DNA of 64,000 bases, from the IMG/VR virus record IMGVR_UViG_3300027749_000060, positions 45,419 through 109,418 of that record; one strand, given 5' to 3'. Shown here one piece after another: positions 9,389 through 21,900 of this stretch (position 1 is the first letter of the stretch; the number at the start of each line of letters is the position of its first letter). This DNA comes from a virus. The notes under the pieces were generated by a model. The model was given only the letters and a program-made list of their open reading frames with translations. It was not told the DNA's origin and did not search any database. The position numbers and the translations under genes were made by a program.

Positions 9389-12300
9389 ATGGCTATTATA
9401 TCTCGACAAACCGGACTGCTCGCAGCAGAAAACTGGAAAAAAATCTATCAGACCTTCCGCGAGGCCGATTTTACTACCTACGACTTTGAAACTCTGCGCA
9501 AGAGTATGATTGATTATATCAAGCTATACTATCCTGAGGACTTTAACGATTTTACAGAAAGTAGTGAATTTGTTGCATTGATTGATTTAATAGCATTCAT
9601 GGGGCAAAATTTAGCATTTAGGACCGATTTAAATGCTCGAGAAAACTTTATTGACACTGCTGAACGCAGAGAAAGTATATTAAAACTAGCAAAATTGGTT
9701 AGCTACAACCCTAAAAGAAATGTACCGGCTAGTGGATATTTAAAAATTGAAAGTGTAAGCACTACCGAATCGCTATTTGATAGCAATGGATTTGATCTAA
9801 GTAATACTATTATTACTTGGAATGACCCAGCTAATGATAATTGGCTAGAACAATTTACTACCATTTTAAATGCATCGTTGGTTGGTAGCCAAATAATAGG
9901 AAAACCTGCTCATAGTCAAGTTATAAATGGAATTATGACTGACGAATACAGCATAAACAATATAACTACTGCGGTTCCTATTTTCAGATTTGAAGCAACA
10001 ATTGAAGATACTACATCTTCATTTGAAGTGGTTAGCGGAACAAGTTTAGGAAAAACATATATATACGAAGCTGCGCCCGACTACGAAAAAGCGTTTAATG
10101 TTTTGTATAGATCTGACAACAACGGCAACTCCAGTAACAGTACAGGATTTTTCTTTTATTTCAAACAAGGCGAAATGTCTAGTTTTGATTTTAATATACC
10201 CGAGGCTGTGCCAAACAAAGTTGTTAGCATTGATATTAACAATATTAACAATACTGATGTATGGTTATATAAATTAAACACCGACGGTACAACGCAATCA
10301 CTATGGTCGGCTGTTCCTTCTACTACTGGTATTAACATTATATACAACAAAGTTGAAGATAGAAATTTATATCAAATTGGTACAAGAACATCAGACCAAA
10401 TTAACTTAACTTTTGGTGACGGATCATTCTCAAATGTGCCACAAGGCGACTTCAGATTATACTATAGAACTAGTAATGGATTAAATTATAAAATAACACC
10501 CAACGAGATGCGATCTATTGCTATATCTATTAGATATATTAGTAGAAAAAATAGGCCAGAAACAGTTACAATTCGTGCTAGTTTAAAATATACAGTAGTA
10601 AATGCAGTACCAACTGAGTCAACAGATGCAATAAGACAAAAAGCACCACAACAATATTATACGCAAAATCGTATGATAACCGGTGAAGACTATAACATAT
10701 TGCCTTACACATCTTTCAGCAATATTATTAAAGCCAAGTCTATTAATAGAACTAGTAGCGGTTTAAGTAGGTATCTTGACATGTTAGATACAACTGGAAA
10801 GTACAGTAGCACTAATACATTTGGTCAAGATGGTGCAATTTACACTGAAAATTTCATAAACACATTTTCGTTTGGATTTGTATCTGCTAACGATGTTCGT
10901 AAAATTGTATATAATCAAATAATTAATAAAATTATTCCTGATAAAAGATCGTTGCATTACTATTATAAAAATTTAACAATTATTAATTCTGCTAATAGCT
11001 TAACACCGGCTACTGCTTTGGTTACAGGTAGACGTTATATCATTAATAAAGTTGGCGTCACCGACTTTACCCTATTAGGGGCTAGTAGGAATGCACCGGG
11101 CGTTAATTTTATAGCAACTGATCATGACACAAGAGATCCTAATTATTTTGCAACAACAGTTGGTCAAGCAATAGAGGCATCTATATCTTGGCATTTAAGT
11201 ACGGTAGGAAGTAATAGCTCAAATGGATATTTCATTGGACCTGCGTTTACTCCTTTATCGGTTCGAGCATTGGGGTCTGTAGCAAAATACCTCAGAGCAG
11301 GTGCAATAATAAGATTTGTTGCTCCGAACGGTAGTTACTTCAATGCAGGAAATAACTTAATAACAGGAGCACCGGTTGGCCCTGAAGATAAACTTGAATT
11401 ATATGCGGCTGTGGTTGATATCATTGGTGATGGTACAAATGATGGATTGGGTAATTTTACCAATGGTGCAGGGCCAGTATCATTGAACACTAAAATACCT
11501 ACAGGGGCTATAATTAAATATATTGTGCCAGCATACAAAACTAATTTTGGAGCAGGATTTACAACCGCATTAGTTAATAATATAACATCTTATAAGAATT
11601 TTGCTATATTATATAATTCAACAATGCAAAATTGGCAATTAGCAAGCCCAACAGACATAACAAATGATAAATGGTCAATTAAATTTGATTACAGCAATGA
11701 AAATGGAACATATCTTGTTAGTTATAAAGGTATTAATTATATCTTCTATAGCCCAATGGAAACCACATTTTACTATGATCAAGCATTAAAAGTATATGAT
11801 AGTAAAACAGCAAGTGTGATATACGATCATATAAAAATACTTGGAACGAATCCCGGGCCCGACTCACCAATGCCAATTGGAAAAACAGTTGTATGGGATG
11901 TTTTAGACAAAGTAACTAATTCGGATGGTACCATTGACAGTAGTAGAATATATATAACATATTCAGATTCTGACAATGACGGAGTTCCTGACGATCCAAA
12001 CATATTTAACATAGTGGTTAATCCAGAAGTGAATCCAATAAGCAAATTGGTATTTTTTGAATTAACTACAAGTACAGGATATACAAAATACGTAAACTTG
12101 GATATATTAGATCTGTCAAGAGTTACTACGCAGTTCAATACAAGGTCACAAATTGTTGCCGTATCGGCATCTTACTCAGTGGGAGATATATTTTATGCGC
12201 CCGGCGATGATGCATTTTATTCAATTTTGCATTCAAAGACCGAAAACGCTAACTATGTTAGTGAAAGTTTAACAAAATACAAATATTTTACTGGCAGACA

Positions 12301-12934
12301 AAATCTGAATTATCAATATAGACATAATTCTCCTAATACACGTAGGATTGATCCTAGTGTTAGTAATATTATAGATATATATCTTCTAACATCTGCATAC
12401 GACACCGACTATAGAGCATGGATCAACGATACATCAAATTCAATTAGTCAGCCGTCACCGCCTACTAGCACTGAGTTATCGTTATCGTTCTCAGGACTAA
12501 ATGAAATTAAATCAATCAGCGACACTGTTGTATTTCAAAATGCAATATATAAACCTATTTTTGGATTAAAAGCTATTAATAATTTACAGGCAATATTTAA
12601 AGTTGTAAAAAATCCAAATTTGAATATCAGTGATGCAGATATCAAAGTGTCTGTTATTAATGCTATAAATGACTATTTTAGTATTGACAATTGGGACTTT
12701 GGTGAAACATTTTATTTCAGTGAATTGTCTGCCTATTTACATCAAATTTTAAGCCCTAACATTGCTAGTATTATTATTGTTCCAAGAGATAGTACAATTA
12801 AATTTGGTACTCTTTATCAAATTAATGCAGAGGCAAATGAAATTATTATTAGTGCTGCTACAGTTGAAAATGTCGAAATCATAAGCGCAGTTACGGCAAT
12901 GCAATTAAATCAAGGCGTGTCCCTGACTTATTAA
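9389..12934 (+). CDS. gp6: Baseplate wedge protein gp6
   Basis: DFETLR..MIDY, ENFIDTAERRESILKLAKLVSYNPKR, FGDG, QNRMITGEDY motifs. Confidence 0.88.
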   Translation: MAIISRQTGLLAAENWKKIYQTFREADFTTYDFETLRKSMIDYIKLYYPEDFNDFTESSEFVALIDLIAFMGQNLAFRTDLNARENFIDTAERRESILKLAKLVSYNPKRNVPASGYLKIESVSTTESLFDSNGFDLSNTIITWNDPANDNWLEQFTTILNASLVGSQIIGKPAHSQVINGIMTDEYSINNITTAVPIFRFEATIEDTTSSFEVVSGTSLGKTYIYEAAPDYEKAFNVLYRSDNNGNSSNSTGFFFYFKQGEMSSFDFNIPEAVPNKVVSIDINNINNTDVWLYKLNTDGTTQSLWSAVPSTTGINIIYNKVEDRNLYQIGTRTSDQINLTFGDGSFSNVPQGDFRLYYRTSNGLNYKITPNEMRSIAISIRYISRKNRPETVTIRASLKYTVVNAVPTESTDAIRQKAPQQYYTQNRMITGEDYNILPYTSFSNIIKAKSINRTSSGLSRYLDMLDTTGKYSSTNTFGQDGAIYTENFINTFSFGFVSANDVRKIVYNQIINKIIPDKRSLHYYYKNLTIINSANSLTPATALVTGRRYIINKVGVTDFTLLGASRNAPGVNFIATDHDTRDPNYFATTVGQAIEASISWHLSTVGSNSSNGYFIGPAFTPLSVRALGSVAKYLRAGAIIRFVAPNGSYFNAGNNLITGAPVGPEDKLELYAAVVDIIGDGTNDGLGNFTNGAGPVSLNTKIPTGAIIKYIVPAYKTNFGAGFTTALVNNITSYKNFAILYNSTMQNWQLASPTDITNDKWSIKFDYSNENGTYLVSYKGINYIFYSPMETTFYYDQALKVYDSKTASVIYDHIKILGTNPGPDSPMPIGKTVVWDVLDKVTNSDGTIDSSRIYITYSDSDNDGVPDDPNIFNIVVNPEVNPISKLVFFELTTSTGYTKYVNLDILDLSRVTTQFNTRSQIVAVSASYSVGDIFYAPGDDAFYSILHSKTENANYVSESLTKYKYFTGRQNLNYQYRHNSPNTRRIDPSVSNIIDIYLLTSAYDTDYRAWINDTSNSISQPSPPTSTELSLSFSGLNEIKSISDTVVFQNAIYKPIFGLKAINNLQAIFKVVKNPNLNISDADIKVSVINAINDYFSIDNWDFGETFYFSELSAYLHQILSPNIASIIIVPRDSTIKFGTLYQINAEANEIIISAATVENVEIISAVTAMQLNQGVSLTY

Positions 12935-12954
12935 AATATTACAATAGGTAAACA

Positions 12955-15900
12955 ATGGCAACTAGAAAGACACTAAATCTTCTTCCGAGTATATTTCAAA
13001 CGGAAACCAATAAGAAATTTCTTGGTGCAACACTAGATCAATTGGTCAGCGAACCAGATATTTCCAAGTTCAATGGATTTATAGGAAGAAAGTTTTCACC
13101 GGTTAATAAACCTAGTGATAATTTTATCAACGAGCCTACAGTTAGCAGAGAAAATTATCAATTTGAACCGGCTGTTGTTATTAAAAATACTAGTAATGGT
13201 ATTGACCTATATGCAGATTACCAAGACCTATTAGAAAAAGTTGCAAATCATGGCGGGATAACAGAAAATCATAATAGATTATTTGAATCAGAATATTATA
13301 GTTTTAATCCTAGAATTAATTTTGACAAATTTATTAACTATACCAGATATTTTTGGTTACCAACAGGTACCGATCCTGTAACAGTATCTGCAGGCACACC
13401 CGGCAATGATAGAACATTTGTCATTACTAGAAATGATCCAGGCGGTTATGCTACTATAAATCAAGACTCCACTCCAAATTCAACTATAACATTAGTACGT
13501 GGCGCAGTATATAAATTTAACGTCAACCAGCCCGGTGCCAAATTTTGGATTCAAACAGAAGTTGGTATAGATGGCTTTAAAGATTTTAATCAAACTATCT
13601 CTACTAGAGATATTATTGGCATTGAAAATAACGGTGCCGAATCCGGAACTATTACTTTTACTGTGCCAGACAAAGATTCGCAAGATTATTATTTTAAAAT
13701 GCCATCATTGGGATTTATTGATTATGCTATTAGTGAACCGTTCTCTGCAATTGACGGTCAGTTTTGGGTAAACGGTAATAATGCAATGGATCAAATTGAA
13801 GGTTCAACTCGATATCCACAAGGTTATTATGTTGTTTTTACATCAACTAGTACAAATCCTGATAACTGGATTGATTATACGGGTAATCCAGTACCAATAG
13901 ATAAACGACATGGTCTTTGGAAAATTACTATTAATCAAAATTCTAAAATACAAATGGAGTTTGTTAGAACAATACCGTTGGGGTATAAAATTAGAATTAA
14001 TTATGGAGCAAATGCTGGTAAAGAATTCTTTAAAAATTCAGGAGATAATTTAGTACTATCTCCTCCAATTACTGCACCTTTATCAACATTGTTTTATCAA
14101 GACGAAAACAATGAATCTATAGTGGGAAAAATCAACATTGTTGATTTTCCGGGTAATGCAATTAATGTTAATTCGGATATATTGGGCAAGGTTACATACA
14201 CTAGTCCTAACGGTGTAGTGTTTACCAATGGGTTAACAGTTGTTTTTGATAACACTGTATTTCCTAATTCGTATCGCAATTCAAAATATATCATTGAAGG
14301 TGTTGGAAAATCAATTAAATTAATTGATATAATATTATTAGAATCTGTTGAGAGCGTTGACACGAAATCTAGTGTGCCATTTGATCAAGAACCATTTGAT
14401 ACTCTTGGATTAGATCAACCAATAGCAAACAGTGTCGCTATACCCGACTATATTGTTATGAATAAATCAACAACAGATTTAAATGCATGGGCTCGCGGCA
14501 ATAGATGGTTCCACGAAGATATAATTGCAAAAGCAGCTGAATATAATAAAACAACAGTAAAGATTGATCCAACTAAAAGAGCAAATAGACCAATCATCGA
14601 ATTTGAAGAAGATTTACAATTATTTAATAGTGGAAAGAACTTTCTTGCTATAATAGATAGGGCCGACACTAATTTTGTAGGAACTGGCGAAAAAATATTA
14701 AATGCATACACTGATGTTAATGACAAATATGTCAATGATGCGTCTATTAGACGTTTAAATTATATAGAAAATCAAGTAGCTATTTTCCCCAATGATATTA
14801 GTAGTAATGTTAGAAATGCATTATTTAGAATTGAATTTAAAAATCAAACTACTGCAACATCATTTAATGGAGTTGGCACCGGATATGTTAACATACGTCA
14901 GGGATCAAATCGAGTTTATGAAAAAATATTAGATGGTAATAGAACAACATTCAGAGATCAATATATACCGGGTACATTGTTATATGCAGTGGATAATACG
15001 TATATTGGAAAAATAAAATCAATTTTTAGTAACAACGAAATGATTTTAGAGTCGCCTGCATTAGTGACTCGTAACGAAGTAGTTGTAAAATTTAATTATC
15101 CTAAAATTACTTTACGCAAAATAAAGACAGCAGTCAATAATGATTCGGTGGTTGTCAGGACTGGACTTAATCAAAAAAACACATTCTGGTTAAATTCAGG
15201 AGTCTGGGCATATGCACAATATAAAAAAGATGTTAACACTCCTATTAAATTTGATGTAGTTGATAAAGATGGCATTAGTTTATCTAGTCCATCTAAGTAC
15301 ACCGAAAGTAAATTTGCTGGAACAACTGTATTTTCTTATGACATAGGCAGTAGTATATCAGATCCTATACTTGGTATCAAATTGCGGTATACTGGCATAG
15401 GTAATTCAATATCAGATATCAATTTTGTAAATTCTTTTGAAACTGATACATTTACATATAAACCATATGATTATAAAACATTAAATATTTCGTCGATTGG
15501 GTATTTAAGTAAACGCACTGGAAGAAATACTTATAGCTTGCTCACTGTTTGGCAATCTATATCAGAGCCTACAAAACAATATCAACATATAGCAGATTTG
15601 TCCGATGGTACAACTAACTATTTTGAAATTGATATACTGCCCGGTGATATAGTAAATCAGCCAAACATAAAAGTTTTTGTTAATAATGTACTAATTAAAA
15701 ATGAAGATTTTGTTATAGAAACGGTAGGGATCAGACATGCTGTTAATATATTAACTACAGTCCTTGACGGTGATAAGATTGATATATTAATTTATAATAA
15801 AAAATCAATTAGTGATCTTGGTTATTATCAAATTCCAAGTAACTTAGAATTTAATGCACAAAACTATGATATAACAAACGTAACACTAGGACAACTCAGA

Positions 15901-18900
15901 GGGCATTGGAATGCTATTGGAAAAAATACTATTGGATTAATTGGAAATCCTATTTCATCAAATAATCTACGTGATCTGAATACTAATGCACAAAATGGTT
16001 TAATTCTACAACACTCGGCGCCTACAATTTATGCATCGTTGTTTTTAATTGATCCGCATCTTAATTTTATTAATAGTATTGAATTTGCACGTAGTGATTA
16101 TTCAAAATTTAAAAATAAGTTTTTAGAACTATGTGTAAACACACCGGGGCTTCCCCGTAATAATACACCAGCTGGTGTTGATATGATATTAAAAATTATC
16201 AACGGTGTAAAAAATCAAACATTTCCGTGGCATTATTCAGATATGATTCCATGGGGCGATGATGTTGTATTAGATACATATAAAATAATTAATGCACAGA
16301 CTAGACTGTATACACTGAATAATATATATCTATCGCCAATTGGCGATAAAATGTATCCAAAAAATGGTCCATCAAATTGTGCTGTTCTTGTTTATCTTAA
16401 TAATAGATTATTAGTCATTGATGTTGAATACACCATTACTAATGGTAATCCTTATATTACTATTAGTGATAGTGTGTTATTGTACGAGGGTGATTTACTT
16501 ACAATAAAAGGTTACAAAAATACTGACGGTAGTTATGTGCCCGAAACACCTACTAAAATGGGAATGTATCCTAAATTTGTTCCAAGTATATTTGTAGATA
16601 CAGCATTCAGAACACCTATAAATGTAATACAAGGACATGACGGAAGTAGACTTCCAGTTTTTAATGATTTGCGGGACGACTATCTACTAGAACTTGAAAA
16701 AAGAATATTTAATAACATTAAAGTAGAATACAATGCTGAATTATTTGATGTATTTACATTTGTACCCGGCAAGTTTAGAAATAATGACTATACCAGGCTT
16801 GAATTTAATGAAGTATTAAATTCTGATTTTTTAAAATGGATAGGAACTAATCAACTAGACATTGGCAGCAATGAATATTTCTTATCCAATAACGAATTCA
16901 GCTGGAATTATAATCAAGCATCTGATTCTATTAATGATGAATTGTTGCCAGGTTATTGGAAAGGAATTTATCAATATTTCTATGATACGTGTCGCCCGCA
17001 CACACACCCATGGGAAATGTTAGGACTACAAAATAAACCAGTCTGGTGGGAACCTACATATGGCGCCGCCCCCTATACACCTTCCAAAACTCAAATGTGG
17101 ACCGATTTGGCATATGGATTTAATCGCGGCGATCGTACCACTAATACACAATATGCAAGGCCTGGATTATTGAAAATTATTCCAGTTAATGATGCCGGGG
17201 AATTATTACCTCCGGTGTCTAAATTAGTAAAGAAATATAATGGGACTACATTTAATCAAAGTTATGCAATAGGAGATCAAGGGCCAGTTGAGTCGGCCTG
17301 GAGAAATACCAGCGAATATGTATTTTCATTACATCGTGCAATAGCGTTATTAAAACCTGCTAAGTATTTTGGATTATTTTTTAATACCTCTTCGTATATC
17401 AACGATCCGGTAATAAATCAGTATGTTTTAAAAAATAATAAAAAGAGAATAACTCCAGAGTCGTTGCTAATTAACGGAGAAGTAGTGTCAGGTGCAATAA
17501 CCAGATCGTCAAGTTACGTAAATTGGATACATGGTTATCTGACTAATTTAGGAATTAATGCTGCACAAAAAATAAGAACTACAATTAGTAATCTGGATAT
17601 TAGACTAGGATATAGGATGTCTGGTTATAGTGATAAATCTTATTTCACTGCTCTGGTAGAACAGTATAGTCCTAACAGTGTAAATCAATCTGCTATTATT
17701 CCATCTGAAAATTACATTGTTCATTTAAATAAAAGCTCGCCTATACGTAGTGCAACCTACAGTGGGGTTATTATTTCTAAAACTACAGGCGGTTATGTTA
17801 TCAATGGATATAATTTAAAATATCCTTATTTTACAGTTATACCTAGTTTAATAAATGGCAATTTTTATAGAATTGAAGCAGTAACAGCAACTGCAATTAT
17901 ATATAAAGATTACATTGATCAAAAAATAAATGTACCGTATGGATTTGAATTTGGTTCATCGCAAGAGTTAGTTGACTTTTTAGTTGGCTACGAACGATTT
18001 TTAATGTCCCAGGGTTTTATATTTGAAGCATATGATTCAGATCTTGGTGAAGTAAAAAATTGGATACTAAGTGCAAAAGAATTTTTAGGTTGGACTTTGC
18101 AAGGGTGGAACGAAGGTAATATATTAGTATTAAGCCCAGTTCATTACACACTACAATTGTTTTCAACTGATTCAGTTGTGGATACAGTCATTGGGCAAAC
18201 TTCTAATACTCAAGTATTGGGACCAAATTTTAATGTTATCAAAGCCGACGAAATTGCAGTATTAAAAGAACCGGGACGTACAACTGTTACTGTAATTTCT
18301 GGACAAACTATTGCATTTATAGAATTGCAGTTGGTTCAATATGAACATGTATTAGTATTTGACAACACAACTGTGTTTGCTGATGTTATATATAAACCAG
18401 AATTGGGCAGTCGACAGTATAGATTAAAACTAATTGGATCTAAAACCACTGGGTGGGACGGATCATTAAACATACCTGGATTTATTTACAACACAGGATA
18501 TATTGAACAATGGACCCCTGGCAGAGATTACAAAAAAGCAGATATTATTCAATATAAAAAACAAAACTATACAGCTATAGCAGATATATCTGGGACAGAT
18601 ACATTTAAACATGATCTATGGAGTATAACTGATCGTAAAATTGTAGCAAAATTAGTACCAAACTTTTCTCAAAATGCGTCTAAGTTTAATACGGTGTATA
18701 GCTTGGATACTCCAAATATAGATAGTTACTTTTCAGGATTCAGTAATGGGTTAACAGGATATAGGAATAGATCGTATCTTGAAGATTTAGGAATGGATCA
18801 AATTGCTCAAACTAAATTTTATCAAGGCTATATAAAAGAAAAAGGCACATTTAGTTCAATATCGGCACTATTTAAAGCTCGTCTTGATAATACAATAAAC

Positions 18901-21900
18901 AATGTAGAAATATTTGAGGAATGGGGTCTAAGAGTAGGCGAGTATGGAGCAACTAAAACAAATCAATCAATTGATTTAATCTTAGATGAAAAGAAGTTTC
19001 AAGATGATCCAATAGTATTTTCAGTCATTAACGGAATAGAAATTCCACCTCCGAATGTAAAATTCTTTCGACCTAATACTTTATTAAGCAAAAGTATAGA
19101 TTTTAAATCGCCGTTGTTTTCGCATCGTCCAATGAATGAATACTTTGAGACAGATATAAAAACAGCAGGATATGTCAATATCAATGAGGTTGATAGCTTA
19201 TTATTTGATTTTAATAATTATAAAAACTTAAATTTAACAATATTGGCTGATCTAGTAAATGGATATAAACTTTGGGTAGCTAAGGATTTTAATAAAGATT
19301 GGCAAGTTTATAAAGTAGTAGAAGTAGACAATCAAGTACTTGGTATTAGTTACGGCCTTGACAACAAAGTTATTATTACTACTAAGTATGATCACGGCTT
19401 ACAAATTGCCGATATAATAGCTATCAGAGATTTGAATTCTCTATACGACGGTTTTTATCAAGTATTAAATGTTGAAGCACCGAATACTTTTATTTGTATA
19501 ATATCTACAAGTTTAATATCATCAATACAAACTGTTCCAGTTTATGGAACCGGCACTTTATTTTTATTACAGAAATCAAGATATAAAACAACAGAACTCA
19601 GAGAGTCTAATGTCACTAAAAGTATTTGGCAAGCTGGAGATTTAGTCTGGGTGGATGAAAACAATGGTCCAAATTGGGCTACATACAAATTTGTAAGTAG
19701 CGATCCTGGAAATTTTGGTGGACTGCACAATTTCTGGGGAATAGACAGCGGCTCAATAATATTCAGATCGTCTGGATTACCATATCACGAATTTGGAAAT
19801 ATACAGTTTGATGTAACCGCAGTTAAACAAAATTATAATCGTATTTGGCCTCTTTATGCTGGAAAAAATATACCTGCTACTGTAGCAAGTCCGATTGGCA
19901 GCGGAATAATTGGATTTTGTTTAAATGGAGTTCCAATTTATAGTAGTATTGCTGCCGATTTTACAGCACCTGCTGATTATAGTACCCCTGGGGGATTTAA
20001 TTATAACTTATCGTTCTCAGATTACAATTTCTTTAAGATAGATAATGCCGGAGGTACTACAACATTTAGCGGCGAATACTTTTATAGAAGTTTTACTTTT
20101 GGACAGGCCTGGAATACCGGTATTGGTGGTAGTGATACTAGAGTAAATGTAGAATATAAGTCGGAAATTTTATCTATTGCATATTTAGGCGGTGGTTTGG
20201 CTCATGCCAATGGCCATAGTAAAATATTAGGATTTGCAATCGACGGCTATCCAATTTATGGGCCGTATGGTTATTCAAATCCAAATAATATTCGTACACC
20301 AATTATAAGGATGACCAGCGGTTATGCACTTAGAAATCCTTCGTACAGAGCACCAACTGAAGCATGCGATTTAAATGTATATCCAATGGGTATGTTTGCA
20401 CAAGATTACGAATTTACTCAAGACGGGACACTAGACAAACATAACGGTAGATATTGTATTACTCCTGACTACCCTAACGGTACCTATGCATATTTTGCTA
20501 CTGTTAATAACTCCGGGCCTACATATCCATATTTTATCGGACCTACTTTTTACGGAACTGTTTCGTCAGTGAGCAATTCTCTTATACCGGGACCCGGCAT
20601 TAAACCTCGGGTATTTGACGACCAGGTTAACGCAGTTTGGGAATTATATAAAAATCAGGAACCGTCGGTTGATTTTAACAGTATGCGTGGTATGCATCTA
20701 ATAGATAATGTTAATAAGAATATACTTGTTAAGTTAGATATAATTGATCCAGCTAAAGGAAGAATACTTGGGTCGGCACAAGCTGATATTGATTTTACTA
20801 CTTCGTTTGATCCTGCATTTTATAACAATGGTACAAATGATGCATTGACAATTGATAGTGAATTCAATTGGGGTGAACAACAAATAGGATTAGTCTGGTG
20901 GGATTTGGAAGCTGTCAGATATTACGACTACGAACAAAGTACTATTGAATATAGAGCAAACAATTGGGGAAAAGTGTTTCCTGGAAGTAATATTTTTATA
21001 TACGAATGGGTGTCAAGCGACGTATTACCGTCAATGTATGTTGCTGCTGGATTAGATGGTATTCCAAAATATGCAGACGACTCGGGGTATTCTACATTAT
21101 ATTATGTCGACGACATCACAATGACAGTTAAGACCAAATATTATTATTGGGTCAGAGCTAAGAATAGTGTAGGGAAAACATCTAAATCGCATAGCGTGTC
21201 TGGATTAGAGCAAATGGTTGCGGATCCTGGAAAACAAGATATACCATATGCAGCATTGATTGATAATAAAACTGTTGCATTATATAATATTGGAAAATAT
21301 CTATTAGAAGATAGAGTAGCATTGCACATTGAATATTCATTAGCTAAAAATGAAAATATTGTACATAGTGAATTTGAATTATTTCAACAAGGTAACAAGA
21401 ATGCAATAATGCATCCCCGAATTGAGAAAAAAATAATTGATAGTTTAGTTGGGGTAGATGAAAATAAAAATTTAGTACCTGACCCTAGTTTATTACCTGC
21501 CGATCGCCTTGGGGTCTCGGATCGCCCAAGACAATCAATAATAGCTGATAGATTAGTAGCGCTCGACAATATAATTGGATTTATTAATCAAATTATATTA
21601 AAATATCCAGTTGCAACACGCATATTCGATAAAGAAACAGTATACTCTGATAATTTCTATGCAGCAGAGCCGTATCCTGCCAAATCCGAATATGATTTAA
21701 TAGTTGACACATTTATACAGTTAGATTATCTATTTGAAATATATCCAACTGATTTAGTAGTAGGTACAGAATATATTATTGCACAAGCTGGTAATACTAA
21801 TTTTGTTGAGTTAGGTGCAAGTGCAAATCAAATTGGCGTGAGGTTTAAAGCAACAGGCACCGGGGTTGGGCTTGGTACAGTATTCCATAGTCGTATATTG

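Noticed and set aside
3298-12934. Bacterial T6SS or extracellular contractile injection system locus
   Set aside because: Embedded among gp55/gp46/gp47, polB, rnh and T4-type late promoters, so it is a phage tail module.
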